DNA from: a virus
Reading direction: 5' to 3' (one strand)
DNA: 64,000 bases
Virus record (IMG/VR): IMGVR_UViG_3300020442_002701
Location: 5,090-69,089 of that record
The first letter of the stretch is position 1. Every line of letters starts with the position of its first letter. The notes under the pieces were generated by a model. It was not told where the DNA came from, searched no databases, and saw only the letters and a program-made list of their open reading frames with translations. Shown one piece after another: positions 39,906 through 49,783 of this stretch. The translations under genes and the position numbers were made by a program.

Positions 39906-40293
39906 CTTCTACGTGTTCTGTAATAGAAGTGTTCTTGGTTGAATGTTTCACAATAGTTTGTGTAACACGACTTTCAACACCATTATTACCTCTGATATCA
40001 ACAGTTGTGTTAGAATTAACAACACCATTGATTCTTTCAGCAAAACCTTTTACTGCAAATGCATATGCCTGTGATTCTGATGCCTGTTCAAATTTGCTTT
40101 CACCCATACCGCAGGAATAAGCATAATCTGTTTTCCAGAACAACCAGCCTTCTGACCCAATCTGTTCACACTCTTGGTACCAGGTAGGATTTGCTTTGGT
40201 CTCTCTTACTTCTATTTCTTTCATAGTTGAGCAGGCTGTCATTGCTAACAATGCCGTCCCAATAGTAAGTGCCTTAGTAAATTTGCCTGTCAT
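39751..40293 (-). CDS. Lipoprotein (LPP20-like)
   Basis: Lipobox MTAC, PTWY; GAGGAGG RBS. Confidence 0.7.
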   Translation of the reverse strand: MTGKFTKALTIGTALLAMTACSTMKEIEVRETKANPTWYQECEQIGSEGWLFWKTDYAYSCGMGESKFEQASESQAYAFAVKGFAERINGVVNSNTTVDIRGNNGVESRVTQTIVKHSTKNTSITEHVEVEKHAYELASTGRVHTYVRIKMPLQVFDKLLAEAKDDRNAKRVSAIKHTNN

Positions 40294-40305
40294 TTAAGCC
40301 TCCTC

Positions 40306-40470
40306 TTAATTAACAAACGGAGCGACAACTTTTTGAAACAATTCTGTAATCTGTTCTTGATTAGTTGCCAGTTGAATTTTAGCATCTGCCCAGGATTGGG
40401 TTTGATACTCTACTGTCTTATCCCATTCTTGGATAAAGAACTCCTTAACGTTATTAAACGTATCTTCCAT
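40306..40470 (-). CDS. Small protein (54 aa)
   Basis: AGGAGG RBS; MEDTFNNVKEFFIQEWDKTVEYQ... Confidence 0.65.
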   Translation of the reverse strand: MEDTFNNVKEFFIQEWDKTVEYQTQSWADAKIQLATNQEQITELFQKVVAPFVN

Positions 40471-40553
40471 TATAGCCTCCTATGTTAGCCTTTTCTTCAT
40501 TATGTCTTATAATAACTTCTTTCATAACACTTGTCAAGATGTTTTGGCAAAAT

Positions 40554-41342
40554 TTAATCCCACCTATAAAAAATGTGATCATCAATCTTTCCAATTAATC
40601 TCATTTGCTTTCGCCAAGTAGGAGCCACATAATCTGCATGATAATGTGTAGCACCTTCTATCATTCCAGCCCATTTGTTAAATGCCAAAATTTGGTATGC
40701 AATATCTTGAGCAACTTTCCATTTTATATTATCCTCATAATTAATGAGTTCATCTTTTTTACCATCACAATACCAACTAAATTGGCACTTGTTTCTAACA
40801 GGATAATATACTCGTTCGTTTTCAGGAAGATCGGGATCTTGTTTGGTCTTCCAAGATTCTTTTACAGGACCTTCATAAATTACATCACAAACTTTTGCAG
40901 GATATCTTCTATCTTGAACTCTGTTTAGTACAACTCTTGCGACAGCAATTTGCCCAGCAATACTTTGATTGTGAGATTCTCTATAGATGTTGAGAGTCAT
41001 ACAATATAATTCATCTGGATCAATCACTGGCGGTTGGTTTTCTTTGTCAACCGTCCCTGGCAAGTAAACTATTCTAGTTTTGACTACAGGTACTTCTTTG
41101 ATTTCAAACTCTTTTACAATCTTGGGTACTTCAATTGTCTCTACTTCTTTTACAATTTTTGGAACTTCGATTTCTACAATCTTTTCTACTTCAACTATCT
41201 TTTCAACAATCTTTTCAACCTCTTGTATTTCGACTTTTACATTTGGTTTTCCTACATAGTAAAATGTTGCAAATCCTACTGTAAATCCAAATAGTATTGC
41301 TAATAAATATCTTGTCCGGGTTAATATTGCCATTGTACTCAT
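40554..41342 (-). CDS. Membrane-anchored SleB-like cell wall hydrolase
   Basis: NIYRES, VVLNRV, CQFSWYCDG, GATHYHADYV..W, HIFY; VEKIVE repeat stalk. Confidence 0.9.
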   Translation of the reverse strand: MSTMAILTRTRYLLAILFGFTVGFATFYYVGKPNVKVEIQEVEKIVEKIVEVEKIVEIEVPKIVKEVETIEVPKIVKEFEIKEVPVVKTRIVYLPGTVDKENQPPVIDPDELYCMTLNIYRESHNQSIAGQIAVARVVLNRVQDRRYPAKVCDVIYEGPVKESWKTKQDPDLPENERVYYPVRNKCQFSWYCDGKKDELINYEDNIKWKVAQDIAYQILAFNKWAGMIEGATHYHADYVAPTWRKQMRLIGKIDDHIFYRWD

Positions 41343-41797
41343 CCTCTTCGCATTGTGGCAATCTCAGTTGCCTGTTTCGAACCTGTCTTATCGTCATCGT
41401 CAGCAAACACAGGAACCATGTTGGACTTATGCATAGTTGCAATGCCTACAAGTTTTCTTTCACCTGTATATTGTAATGCTTCTTTTTTTGTACAAGGAGC
41501 AAAAGACATATCGCTATTAAGACTTGGAACATCTTTTTCTTCTCTGCGGTAGTTACCTGATTCGTGCCACGGAGTTCTTATTGCGACTGGTTTGCTTTTG
41601 GGCTTATAGTTACCTTGACAGTAATCTATATATTCTTGCAAATTCATAATGAGATTTGGACACTTGAGACGTTTCATCTCCTTGTTGTGTTTTCTCATTT
41701 GTTCTTCATATTTTGCAATTTTGCCTAACGTAAGTTTTGCCTTTTTTGCCTTTTTTGTATTGAGAGAAGTCATACCTCTCACTAAATGCATAGTCAT
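41339..41797 (-). CDS. Hypothetical phage protein
   Basis: 152-aa ORF behind a sigma70-type promoter. Confidence 0.7.
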   Translation of the reverse strand: MTMHLVRGMTSLNTKKAKKAKLTLGKIAKYEEQMRKHNKEMKRLKCPNLIMNLQEYIDYCQGNYKPKSKPVAIRTPWHESGNYRREEKDVPSLNSDMSFAPCTKKEALQYTGERKLVGIATMHKSNMVPVFADDDDKTGSKQATEIATMRRG

Positions 41798-41874
41798 ATT
41801 ATTGCCTTAAATTTTGTTTCAATTACTAACATGATACTATACATTTAGCGAGAAGTCAAGAACTTTTTTACCAA

Positions 41875-42120
41875 TTATGTCGCTATATGTTGTCTTGCAC
41901 AACTTACACTATTTAATTCGACTCGATAACCATCTTTAAGCATATCTTGTAGTGTGTCAACACCACGACTTCTTATGATAGAAGACCAATTGTCCAAAAA
42001 CTGTTGGCATTCTAATTCTGTTTCAAAATGTTTACTGTAAACATTTACAATTTCGTCTCTTGAGATTCCTTCAGGAGTCACAATACTCAAATTAAAGAGT
42101 AGCATAAAAACTTTTGTCAT
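41875..42120 (-). CDS. Small hypothetical protein
   Basis: AAAGGA RBS; FET..EC pattern like 31479-31715. Confidence 0.6.
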   Translation of the reverse strand: MTKVFMLLFNLSIVTPEGISRDEIVNVYSKHFETELECQQFLDNWSSIIRSRGVDTLQDMLKDGYRVELNSVSCARQHIAT

Positions 42121-42190
42121 TTGTCCTTTCCAGTATTTTGTTACAACTCTTTCGAGTATACACTAGAAAGTATAATCTGTCAACCTGTTT

Positions 42191-42616
42191 TTATTCAGGT
42201 AACTTTACAGTACCTGCTTCTAAAAGTATCTTTCTATTTTCTTCGTGTGCGGCTTGAACTTGTTCTTTGTTTTCAGCATTGTATTGTACTGCCATATGAT
42301 TGTCTAGCAATGCAGATGTCAGTGGTTTGCCATTTACATGGATGTCTCCAAGTATACGTCCAAATTTACCTTTTGAATCGTATGATGCTGTGTGTAATTC
42401 GATTGTGCCTTCTTGACTTACAAAATTTGACACAAACTCTTTTGCGGCTAAACCAAATGCTTTTTCAACTAAATCTCTTGTTCTTGATTCTGGTGTATCA
42501 ACGCCAACAAGTCGAACTCTTTCGTCTTTCAACCATACACCAAACCCTAGATCGATGTCAACATCAACTGTATCACCGTCAACAACCTTTACAATTTTAG
42601 CTCTATAATCGTACAT
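42191..42616 (-). CDS. Staphylococcal nuclease (thermonuclease) family
   Basis: VVDGDTVD, VRLVGVDTPE, GKFGRILG. Confidence 0.92.
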   Translation of the reverse strand: MYDYRAKIVKVVDGDTVDVDIDLGFGVWLKDERVRLVGVDTPESRTRDLVEKAFGLAAKEFVSNFVSQEGTIELHTASYDSKGKFGRILGDIHVNGKPLTSALLDNHMAVQYNAENKEQVQAAHEENRKILLEAGTVKLPE

Positions 42617-42670
42617 AACTTTCTCCTAAAGTGATAATATACGTATATTTATGATAAATAATTTCAATTT

Positions 42671-43039
42671 ATGAAACACAAACATTTAGTTATCAGATCA
42701 GAGGTTAACAAACCCATTGTTAATAAAACAAAGGCCCGTAAGTTTTTACGTAGTCTCATAAAAAAAATTGCTATGAAAGAATTATATGGTCCAGTTGCAT
42801 GTTATTGTAAAATGGAGGGCAACAGAGGTATAACTAGTTTTGCAATAATTGAAACTAGCCATGTAGCAATGCATATTTGGGACGAACCTACACCTGCTCT
42901 TGTACAATTAGATGTATATAGTTGTAGCAATTTTGATCCAAAAACAATCTTCGATCATTTACAAATAATGCAACCTGCAAAAATTGATTATAAATTTCTT
43001 GATAGAGAAAATGAATTTATAGAAGTAATCAAAGGTTGA
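42671..43039 (+). CDS. speD: S-adenosylmethionine decarboxylase proenzyme
   Basis: IETSHVAMHIW, LDVYSC. Confidence 0.85.
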   Translation: MKHKHLVIRSEVNKPIVNKTKARKFLRSLIKKIAMKELYGPVACYCKMEGNRGITSFAIIETSHVAMHIWDEPTPALVQLDVYSCSNFDPKTIFDHLQIMQPAKIDYKFLDRENEFIEVIKG

Positions 43040-43066
43040 CTTTTCATACAAAAGAGTATATAAATA
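43036..43066 (+). promoter_or_regulatory. Overlapping sigma70 and late promoter of tmRNA
   Basis: TTGACT-17-TATAAA, where the -10 is part of TATAAATA (43059-43066). Confidence 0.75.
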
Positions 43067-43071
43067 TATTG

Positions 43072-43336
43072 CAACGTTGAAACAAACTCAACGGCATACA
43101 GGACCCGGGGGCAGTACCCGGCAGCTCCACCAAAATACTTTTAAGACGAGAGTCTTTTTGCGGGGCTGAACTAGGATCGACTGGTGGTTACTAGGTTTAG
43201 TGGAGTTGTCCGGATCTAAGCTCGGTTAACGCGAAGAACTTTATAATTGCAAACGACAATTATGCGCCAGAAATGGCATTAGCGGCCTAATTTAGGCACG
43301 TGGGGGTTGGCAACTTACCTAGCAACAGAAAAGTTG
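43072..43336 (+). ncRNA. ssrA: Circularly permuted two-piece tmRNA (alphaproteobacterial type); outer ends approximate
   Basis: Acceptor piece ends CCGGG-GGCAGTA-CCCGG-CAGCTCC-ACCA (43132) before GGGGCTGA..GGATCGAC (43162); G3-U70; tag ANDNYAPEMALAA-stop at 43249-43290. Confidence 0.95.
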
Positions 43337-43384
43337 TTCGTTTAATTTTCCATATAAATAAAATACAGGCAAAGGAGATTCAAC

Positions 43385-44473
43385 ATGCCGGCTAGAAATC
43401 ATAAAAACTGGTTGAAGAAACCAAAGAATGTAGAATACGTTGATAGTAGAATTTATTCTGACTATGACATTTATGAAGAAGAAGTAAAAAATATTTTTGC
43501 AAAAGTTTGGATACCAATGTGTCACATCAGTGAAATGAGAAACAAAGGTGATTTCCGTACAACTAAGATTGCAGACAAAAGAGTCATCGCAGTAAACATA
43601 GACGGAAAAAATGTTCAAGCATATTATAACACAAATGATATAGACATACGCAAGCCATCTGGGACATTTACTTGGGACTTTGCAACAACTGAAAAGCCTT
43701 TGCATTGTGAAGTAAAACACGGAGGCATGGTTTGGGTTACATTAGATCCTAATCCTACAATGGATGTTGAGCAATGGACTTGTGGAGCATTTGATTGTAT
43801 TGCTGACGCAATCGACACAGAAGAACTTGATATATTCCATTACCACAAAGCTGTCATTCCAACAAACTATAAACTATGGCACGACACCAACAGTGAATTC
43901 TATCATGACTTCATGCATTACTTTAACAGAGTTACTGGTTTCAATGATGAATATTTTGCACGTAAAAATGTACCGTTTGATAATGGACATGTAAATGTTA
44001 GTTCATTTACAGTGAACTATACAGAGTACGATAAAGAAGGAGACAGAGGCGAACTAAGTTTTCCTAATCTTCCACCTAACCAATGGTACATGGTAGATTT
44101 GTTTCCAGGTTTTAATTTTAACCTAAGAGGTAGTGCTTACAGATCAGATAGTGTAACACCATTAGGACCTAATAGTGTACTAATCGAATTTAGAGGATAT
44201 GGATTGCTGAAAGATACTCCAGAAGAAAGAGCAGAACGTATCAGACATCACAATACTATTTGGGGACCTTTCGGTCGTAATCTACACGAAGACTTGTTAG
44301 GAGTTACAGGCCAAGGTACTAGTATGGTTCCAGGCAGTGAGCCTAGAACTATTTTACATGGTAGACATGAGAACAGCACAATTCATGATGAAGTTGGCAT
44401 GCGTCATTACTATGCTGAGTGGGGAAGATACTTAGATCTCAATCCAAGTGATCCATTTAAACAAGCGGCATAA
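43385..44473 (+). CDS. Ring-hydroxylating oxygenase alpha-subunit homolog lacking Rieske ligands
   Basis: YEEEVKNIFAKVW, GDFRT, NYKLWHDTNSEFYHDFMH, LFP, HED..GQ; no CxH/CxxH. Confidence 0.8.
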   Translation: MPARNHKNWLKKPKNVEYVDSRIYSDYDIYEEEVKNIFAKVWIPMCHISEMRNKGDFRTTKIADKRVIAVNIDGKNVQAYYNTNDIDIRKPSGTFTWDFATTEKPLHCEVKHGGMVWVTLDPNPTMDVEQWTCGAFDCIADAIDTEELDIFHYHKAVIPTNYKLWHDTNSEFYHDFMHYFNRVTGFNDEYFARKNVPFDNGHVNVSSFTVNYTEYDKEGDRGELSFPNLPPNQWYMVDLFPGFNFNLRGSAYRSDSVTPLGPNSVLIEFRGYGLLKDTPEERAERIRHHNTIWGPFGRNLHEDLLGVTGQGTSMVPGSEPRTILHGRHENSTIHDEVGMRHYYAEWGRYLDLNPSDPFKQAA

Positions 44474-44482
44474 GTATGTTTA

Positions 44483-45124
44483 ATGATAAAGTATTGTGAA
44501 CCATTATCTGATGATAAACTGAATGAATTGAAAGAAATTTATAACAGTCAACCAAAACAAGAATCAGATGGATATAAAATGGCTAGTTTAGAACCTGCCC
44601 TAGCTGTTTTACGAGACTATGTAAGTAATCAATTAGGACATAATTACTGGAAATGTAACCAAGGTAATTTCTTTGAAGCATATCATCCTTATAGAATACA
44701 TGCCGACACATCGGCAGATGAACACAATCATCAAACTATCGTATTTCCGTTAGATTGGTCATATAATGATGATGCTCAATTGAGTGATAATGCTTTATAT
44801 ATTTTTAAGCAACGATGGCCTTATGAAGCAACTAATTTTAGATATGGATCTAAAAAACATGTTGGGTATAGATTTAATACAGATACTAGAGATTACAGTA
44901 AAGTGGAAAACTTAGAACCTGATAATTATATAGATAAGGCTACTGCTGATGATTGCGATCATCTTAACTACAAACATTTTACAGGATTATCTGTTGAAGC
45001 CAAATTACAATGGAAACCTGGACATCCACTAACATTTCCAAGGACTGCTTTGCATTGTTCTAATAATTGGAAAAGATTGGGTATAAAAACAAAATTAGGA
45101 TTAAGTCTTTTTACCTGTATTTGA
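44483..45124 (+). CDS. Probable 2OG-Fe(II) oxygenase-like protein
   Basis: IHAD..WKPG..FPRTALHCS. Confidence 0.6.
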   Translation: MIKYCEPLSDDKLNELKEIYNSQPKQESDGYKMASLEPALAVLRDYVSNQLGHNYWKCNQGNFFEAYHPYRIHADTSADEHNHQTIVFPLDWSYNDDAQLSDNALYIFKQRWPYEATNFRYGSKKHVGYRFNTDTRDYSKVENLEPDNYIDKATADDCDHLNYKHFTGLSVEAKLQWKPGHPLTFPRTALHCSNNWKRLGIKTKLGLSLFTCI

Positions 45125-45760
45125 TTCGTCTTTAGTTTTGTATTGCCACTCGTCTGTATGACCGACAGACCATTTAGGGGTATTTTCTACTGTATAATTT
45201 TGAGTGCAAACCTTAAAGTCAGGCATTTTTCTATCTGGATGCACTAGACTTTGATCTGTAAAAATAATTCTATTGTTTGGTTGTGCTGCAAATTGTCCGT
45301 TGTCTAATTTTATTATATTGAAAGACTTATGTTCAGGATCATGTTCACTAAAATTACTATCTATTATACTTTTATCTCTATGGGCGTTGTCTATTGTAAA
45401 TAAGTATTCGCCCTTGTGCATTTTTTTATCTTTGCCAAAAAATTCACAGTCAGCTAACATTGATTTTTTTGTGACTGTTATATCATAATCAAAGCAGTCC
45501 CAGATTTGTAATACGTCTAATGGTAATTGATTATCTTTATCATAATCTTCTTTCCAAACAAATGCTGATATCGGAAGTTTATCAAACAATGCTCCGTAAT
45601 CTGTCAACAAAGTTTCAAAATATAAAGCCTTACCCATCGTGCTCTTAACACTTATCCAAACACCTGGTGTAAGCTCACCATGTCCTTTTTCTAGGTCATA
45701 CAGATACTCTTTCTTAACGTACACTGGAATTATCGGAGTGTTATGAACTAAAAATGCCAT
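45101..45760 (-). CDS. Hypothetical protein
   Basis: 219-aa ORF; GQFAAQPNNR. Confidence 0.7.
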   Translation of the reverse strand: MAFLVHNTPIIPVYVKKEYLYDLEKGHGELTPGVWISVKSTMGKALYFETLLTDYGALFDKLPISAFVWKEDYDKDNQLPLDVLQIWDCFDYDITVTKKSMLADCEFFGKDKKMHKGEYLFTIDNAHRDKSIIDSNFSEHDPEHKSFNIIKLDNGQFAAQPNNRIIFTDQSLVHPDRKMPDFKVCTQNYTVENTPKWSVGHTDEWQYKTKDESNTGKKT

Positions 45761-45761
45761 T

Positions 45762-46319
45762 CTATTTTAATCTTTGATTTATGCTTTCCCAATTAATTAT
45801 TTTCATTATGCCTGTAATATATTTCTTTTTTGCATCTTTTGCCGGCACGTAATCCATAAAAGAATGCTCCCACATATCTATTGGCATTAGAATATCTGTT
45901 TTGTATGATTGATTTGGTGTTGTTTTAATAGAACCATTTTTAGAAAGATACACCCAACCCGACCCTTGAAGTCCCATTGCTGAAGACAGCATCTCTTCTT
46001 TGAAGGTTTTGTAATCTGAAAATTTATCTTCTATAAGATCTTTTATTTCTCCTACAGGTGCAGTTGACCCACCTGGCTTTTGTAATTGACTCCACCATAA
46101 ATTGTGTAACATTGCGCCACCATAGTTAAAATTAGGATCTCCTTCTTTTTTATTATACCTATCTACATAGCCTCTAGATAAAACATTATAATGATATTCT
46201 ACGTTATCTTTAGAAAGTATAGGTGACAAATCACTTGTTGAATAAGGCAATTTATCTAATGATACCTTTTCTTCTTTTGCTTCAAATAAATCTAAATATT
46301 TGCGTATATCATTGGTCAT
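45762..46319 (-). CDS. sod: Fe/Mn superoxide dismutase
   Basis: LPY, YH, LHNLWW, GSGWVYL, DMWEH; start placed at MTNDIRK after TATAAATA. Confidence 0.88.
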   Translation of the reverse strand: MTNDIRKYLDLFEAKEEKVSLDKLPYSTSDLSPILSKDNVEYHYNVLSRGYVDRYNKKEGDPNFNYGGAMLHNLWWSQLQKPGGSTAPVGEIKDLIEDKFSDYKTFKEEMLSSAMGLQGSGWVYLSKNGSIKTTPNQSYKTDILMPIDMWEHSFMDYVPAKDAKKKYITGIMKIINWESINQRLK

Positions 46320-46507
46320 ACTGTATTTATATTCCGCTTTGCCCATTCTTCTTCAAAGCCTTCTTCATACATTGCTGATTCCTCATTGTACCAACGTCTT
46401 TTGAAATATCCGTTGTAGCAATCTAACGCAGTTTCAGGAGTAACATTTATATGTCCCTTTACACTATAAAACATTTTATATGCTTCTTTAAGTGTAGGTT
46501 TGTCCAT
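46316..46507 (-). CDS. Small hypothetical protein
   Basis: GGAG RBS. Confidence 0.6.
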   Translation of the reverse strand: MDKPTLKEAYKMFYSVKGHINVTPETALDCYNGYFKRRWYNEESAMYEEGFEEEWAKRNINTV

Positions 46508-46519
46508 ATTATAACTCCA

Positions 46520-46747
46520 TTAGCCGCTTACGTAAGGCGAACCGTCTTTGAATTTAGAAAAAAAGTTTTTTTGATGATATATTCTACCTAGTAGTTCTTG
46601 TATTTCTTGCATTTCAGCTTTTAATTGTGGAGATGTTTCACCTTGAGCTATTGCTATTCCTCTACGTCCTGCTTTAGCTCTCAATGCAATTTCAATTATT
46701 TCTATGTCCCTTATACTAAGTTCGAATTTTGTGTTAGGTTTTGGCAC
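46520..46747 (-). CDS. Small hypothetical protein
   Basis: Coupled ORF. Confidence 0.6.
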   Translation of the reverse strand: MPKPNTKFELSIRDIEIIEIALRAKAGRRGIAIAQGETSPQLKAEMQEIQELLGRIYHQKNFFSKFKDGSPYVSG

Positions 46748-47910
46748 TATAACTTTTCCTTAATTTGTCCTACAATATCTTTTGCTGTATATGCACTTAA
46801 TGTCCAACCTAAATGTCCATGGCCTGTATTATAAAACACCCTACTTTGATTTGAACTTTGTTTTACTATCGGCATCATGTTAGGAGTCATAGGTCTCAAT
46901 CCTGCCCAAGGCGTAATCGTTTCTGTATTTATACCTGGAAAAATTCTTTCACTCCATTCAATTAAAGGCTTAATTCTATTCTGAATTATATCTGTGTTGT
47001 ATCCATTGAATTCTGCGGTCCCTGCTACTCTTAGTCTATCTTCACCTAATCTGGCTGTAACTATTTTTGCTTCGTCATCCAGCATACTTGTCCAAGGAGC
47101 AACAATGGGGTTATGTATAGTAATTGAGTATCCTTTTACAGGATAGATATCTAAAGTATCTCCTATGCTTTTTGCAAGTTGTCTAGAACCAATACCTGCA
47201 CAAATCACAATAGGCCCTCTAAAGTCGTTAATTTCTTTAATATTTTTTATGTTACGTTGTTCATACCTTACTTTATATTTTTCTTGCAATACTTTTGTAA
47301 GGCGTACACAAAATTTATGTATATCTCCAGTGTAGTCTGTGTTGTTAAACATACCGCCTAACAATTTAGGTGGAGGAACAAGAGCAGGTTCTATTTTTAA
47401 ACATTCCTCTGCAGATACTTCCCAACGTTCTAAACCAGCTCTTAAATAGATTTCATTTACCCGCCTTGCATTTTCAAATTCTTTCTCATCTGTATAAATG
47501 TGTAATATACCTTTTTCTACTTTATCAAAACGAATATCTTCTTCAAAGGCAATTTCTTTATATAATTTATGAGCTTGTAATGCCATTACACAAGTGTCAT
47601 GTGTGCAAGAGTCACCATTAGGTATAGCTTTTATAAATTTATAAAGCCAACTATATTTTTCTAAGTTAGGGAAAGGATTAACTTTGAGAGGAGCATCTGC
47701 TCGAGCTAACCATTTAATTGCTTTCGCAAGACTACGCCAACTATTCCAAACTTCAGCATTAGATGCACTAAGTTGACCTCCGTTGGCGTAGGAGGTCGCC
47801 ATTGCGGGGTAACGACGTTGGTCATATATTTTTACGTCATATCCCGCTTTAGCTAGATTGTATGCAGTCGTGATACCGGTGATGCCGGCGCCTACAACTG
47901 CCGCCCGCAT
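46747..47910 (-). CDS. dadA: D-amino acid dehydrogenase (FAD)
   Basis: GAGITG, TSYANGGQLS, YPVKGYSIT, LRVAGTAE, WAGLRPMTP, NTGHGHLGWT. Confidence 0.92.
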   Translation of the reverse strand: MRAAVVGAGITGITTAYNLAKAGYDVKIYDQRRYPAMATSYANGGQLSASNAEVWNSWRSLAKAIKWLARADAPLKVNPFPNLEKYSWLYKFIKAIPNGDSCTHDTCVMALQAHKLYKEIAFEEDIRFDKVEKGILHIYTDEKEFENARRVNEIYLRAGLERWEVSAEECLKIEPALVPPPKLLGGMFNNTDYTGDIHKFCVRLTKVLQEKYKVRYEQRNIKNIKEINDFRGPIVICAGIGSRQLAKSIGDTLDIYPVKGYSITIHNPIVAPWTSMLDDEAKIVTARLGEDRLRVAGTAEFNGYNTDIIQNRIKPLIEWSERIFPGINTETITPWAGLRPMTPNMMPIVKQSSNQSRVFYNTGHGHLGWTLSAYTAKDIVGQIKEKL

Positions 47911-48087
47911 TTACATTGCGTTCTTTTTTTCTTGAATTTCTTTTCTGCGTTCTTTGGTAAGTTTACCTAGATCGCCTAGAGCTTTTCTTGCTCTAGCTGC
48001 TGCGGCTTTTACACCTTTATCTTCAAATGTTTCTGCCTCAGCAAGATAGTTATTAAATGCTTGGACAATATTTTCATGTGTACTCAT
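47911..48087 (-). CDS. Small basic histone H1-like (Hc1-type) protein
   Basis: MSTHENIVQAFNNYLAEAETFEDKGVKAAAARARKALGDLGKLTKERRKEIQEKKNAM; GGAGG RBS. Confidence 0.7.
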   Translation of the reverse strand: MSTHENIVQAFNNYLAEAETFEDKGVKAAAARARKALGDLGKLTKERRKEIQEKKNAM

Positions 48088-48105
48088 ACTTTCCTCCGTA
48101 ATAAG

Positions 48106-48420
48106 TTAGTTTGTTGTAACACTTGGTTGTGGTGGCATTGCTAAACCTGTTGTGGTTGCAATGTATTGACTAGCCATTTGCTTTTCAGTTTTAGTTGCAC
48201 ATAAGATATTTGATGCATTAAACTGAATCTTTGCTAATGGTTCAATTGTAAACATAAAAGGAGCCAATGCTAAACCTTTTTCTGACATCGTTAACATCAA
48301 AGGCTTTGTAACAATATATTTGTCATCATTGACTTCGTCTATCTTTGCAACGACTTCTTCTCCTGACGCAAGTTTAAAACTTACTACGTCACCTTTAGAT
48401 ATTGTTTTTTCTATTAACAT
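48106..48420 (-). CDS. Sm-like fold hypothetical protein
   Basis: VSFKLASGEEVVAK. Confidence 0.65.
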   Translation of the reverse strand: MLIEKTISKGDVVSFKLASGEEVVAKIDEVNDDKYIVTKPLMLTMSEKGLALAPFMFTIEPLAKIQFNASNILCATKTEKQMASQYIATTTGLAMPPQPSVTTN

Positions 48421-48422
48421 TT

Positions 48423-48683
48423 TTATCCTAGTGAATGTCCGGTTCCATTAAAACCTGTGTTCTCTATATACTTAATTAGCTCTGTATAGCCGCCTATGAC
48501 CTGATTATTGATTACAATCTGTGGCATAGTACGGGCATTTGGACAAATTTCCAAAAGTTCTTCTCTCGTTATGTCCGTTCCTAATTTTTTTGCCTCATAC
48601 TGAATACCCATTCTGTCCAAAGTTGCCTTGGCCATATCACAATACCCACAAAGGTCTTTGGTATATACAGTTACTGACATCAC
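48423..48683 (-). CDS. Glutaredoxin
   Basis: CGYC, TMPQI, IGGY. Confidence 0.93.
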   Translation of the reverse strand: MMSVTVYTKDLCGYCDMAKATLDRMGIQYEAKKLGTDITREELLEICPNARTMPQIVINNQVIGGYTELIKYIENTGFNGTGHSLG

Positions 48684-49783
48684 AGTTTAAATCCTTTCAA
48701 TACATCGTTATCAACATCTTGTTTGATTCCGCCAATGATATAAGATTCAACTTCTGTCTCTTGAGGTGCAACCTGCAAACCTGAACTTGAAAGCCAATGT
48801 TGTGTCCAAGGAAGAGGATTTGTATTCACAGGCTGATCAAATATGGTCTTCATGCCTAATGCTTTCAATCTACGATTAGCAATGTATTCTACGTACTGAT
48901 GAAGAAGTGTGTCGTTTAATCCAATCATAGAACCATCTTTGAACAAATACTTTGCCCATGCTTTTTCTTCTTCAACGCAAGTGCGCCACATATCATAAAC
49001 TTCATCTTCACATTCTTCTGCAATTCTAACCATTTCTTTATCATCTTTGCCTTGCTTCCAATTTTTTAGAATGTGTGTGCTTAGTGCAAGGTGTTGTGCT
49101 TCATCTCTAGCAATTAAGGAAATTATTTTTGCCGAGCCTTCCATGAGCTTTAATTCTCCAAATGCAAATGTACATGCAAATGATACATAAAAACGTAACC
49201 CTTCTAAAATGTTTACATTCTGCATTGCAAGATATAATTTCTTTTTAACATCTCGCATACTGCCTTTTTTATTATATGTCCAACCATCAGCAGCTTCAGT
49301 AAAAGCATCGTAATTCTTTGTTACTGAAATTGCTCTCTTAATAATTTCTTTGTCATCTAAAATGGTATCAAATACTTCAGCTGGATCTGGATAAACATTT
49401 TTCATAATATGTGTATACGATCTGCTATGAATAGTTTCAAAAAAGTCCCATGTAACAATACAACCTTCAAGTTCAGGTAACGATACGTGAGGCAAAAATG
49501 CTAGACATGGTCCTCTACCTTGCACACTATCTAATAATGTTTGATATTTTAGATTGCTTGTAAATATATGCTTTTGTTCTGGTCTGAAATTTTGAAAGTC
49601 TGTTCTATCTTTTTGTAAACTTACTTCTTCAGGTCTCCAAAAATAACCCAACATAGTTTGATTTAATTTGTCAAACACAGGAAATTTGAATACATCATAT
49701 CTCTGTGTGTTTTGATCTGCACCAAAAAACATATTTTGCTTGGTGAAGTCTACTTTATCCTTGTTAAAAACAGTCTTTGCCAT
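48680..49783 (-). CDS. nrdB: Ribonucleotide reductase class Ia beta subunit
   Basis: FWRPEEV, ETIHSRSY, LEGLRFYVSF, RDEAQH, VAPQETE. Confidence 0.97.
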   Translation of the reverse strand: MAKTVFNKDKVDFTKQNMFFGADQNTQRYDVFKFPVFDKLNQTMLGYFWRPEEVSLQKDRTDFQNFRPEQKHIFTSNLKYQTLLDSVQGRGPCLAFLPHVSLPELEGCIVTWDFFETIHSRSYTHIMKNVYPDPAEVFDTILDDKEIIKRAISVTKNYDAFTEAADGWTYNKKGSMRDVKKKLYLAMQNVNILEGLRFYVSFACTFAFGELKLMEGSAKIISLIARDEAQHLALSTHILKNWKQGKDDKEMVRIAEECEDEVYDMWRTCVEEEKAWAKYLFKDGSMIGLNDTLLHQYVEYIANRRLKALGMKTIFDQPVNTNPLPWTQHWLSSSGLQVAPQETEVESYIIGGIKQDVDNDVLKGFKL

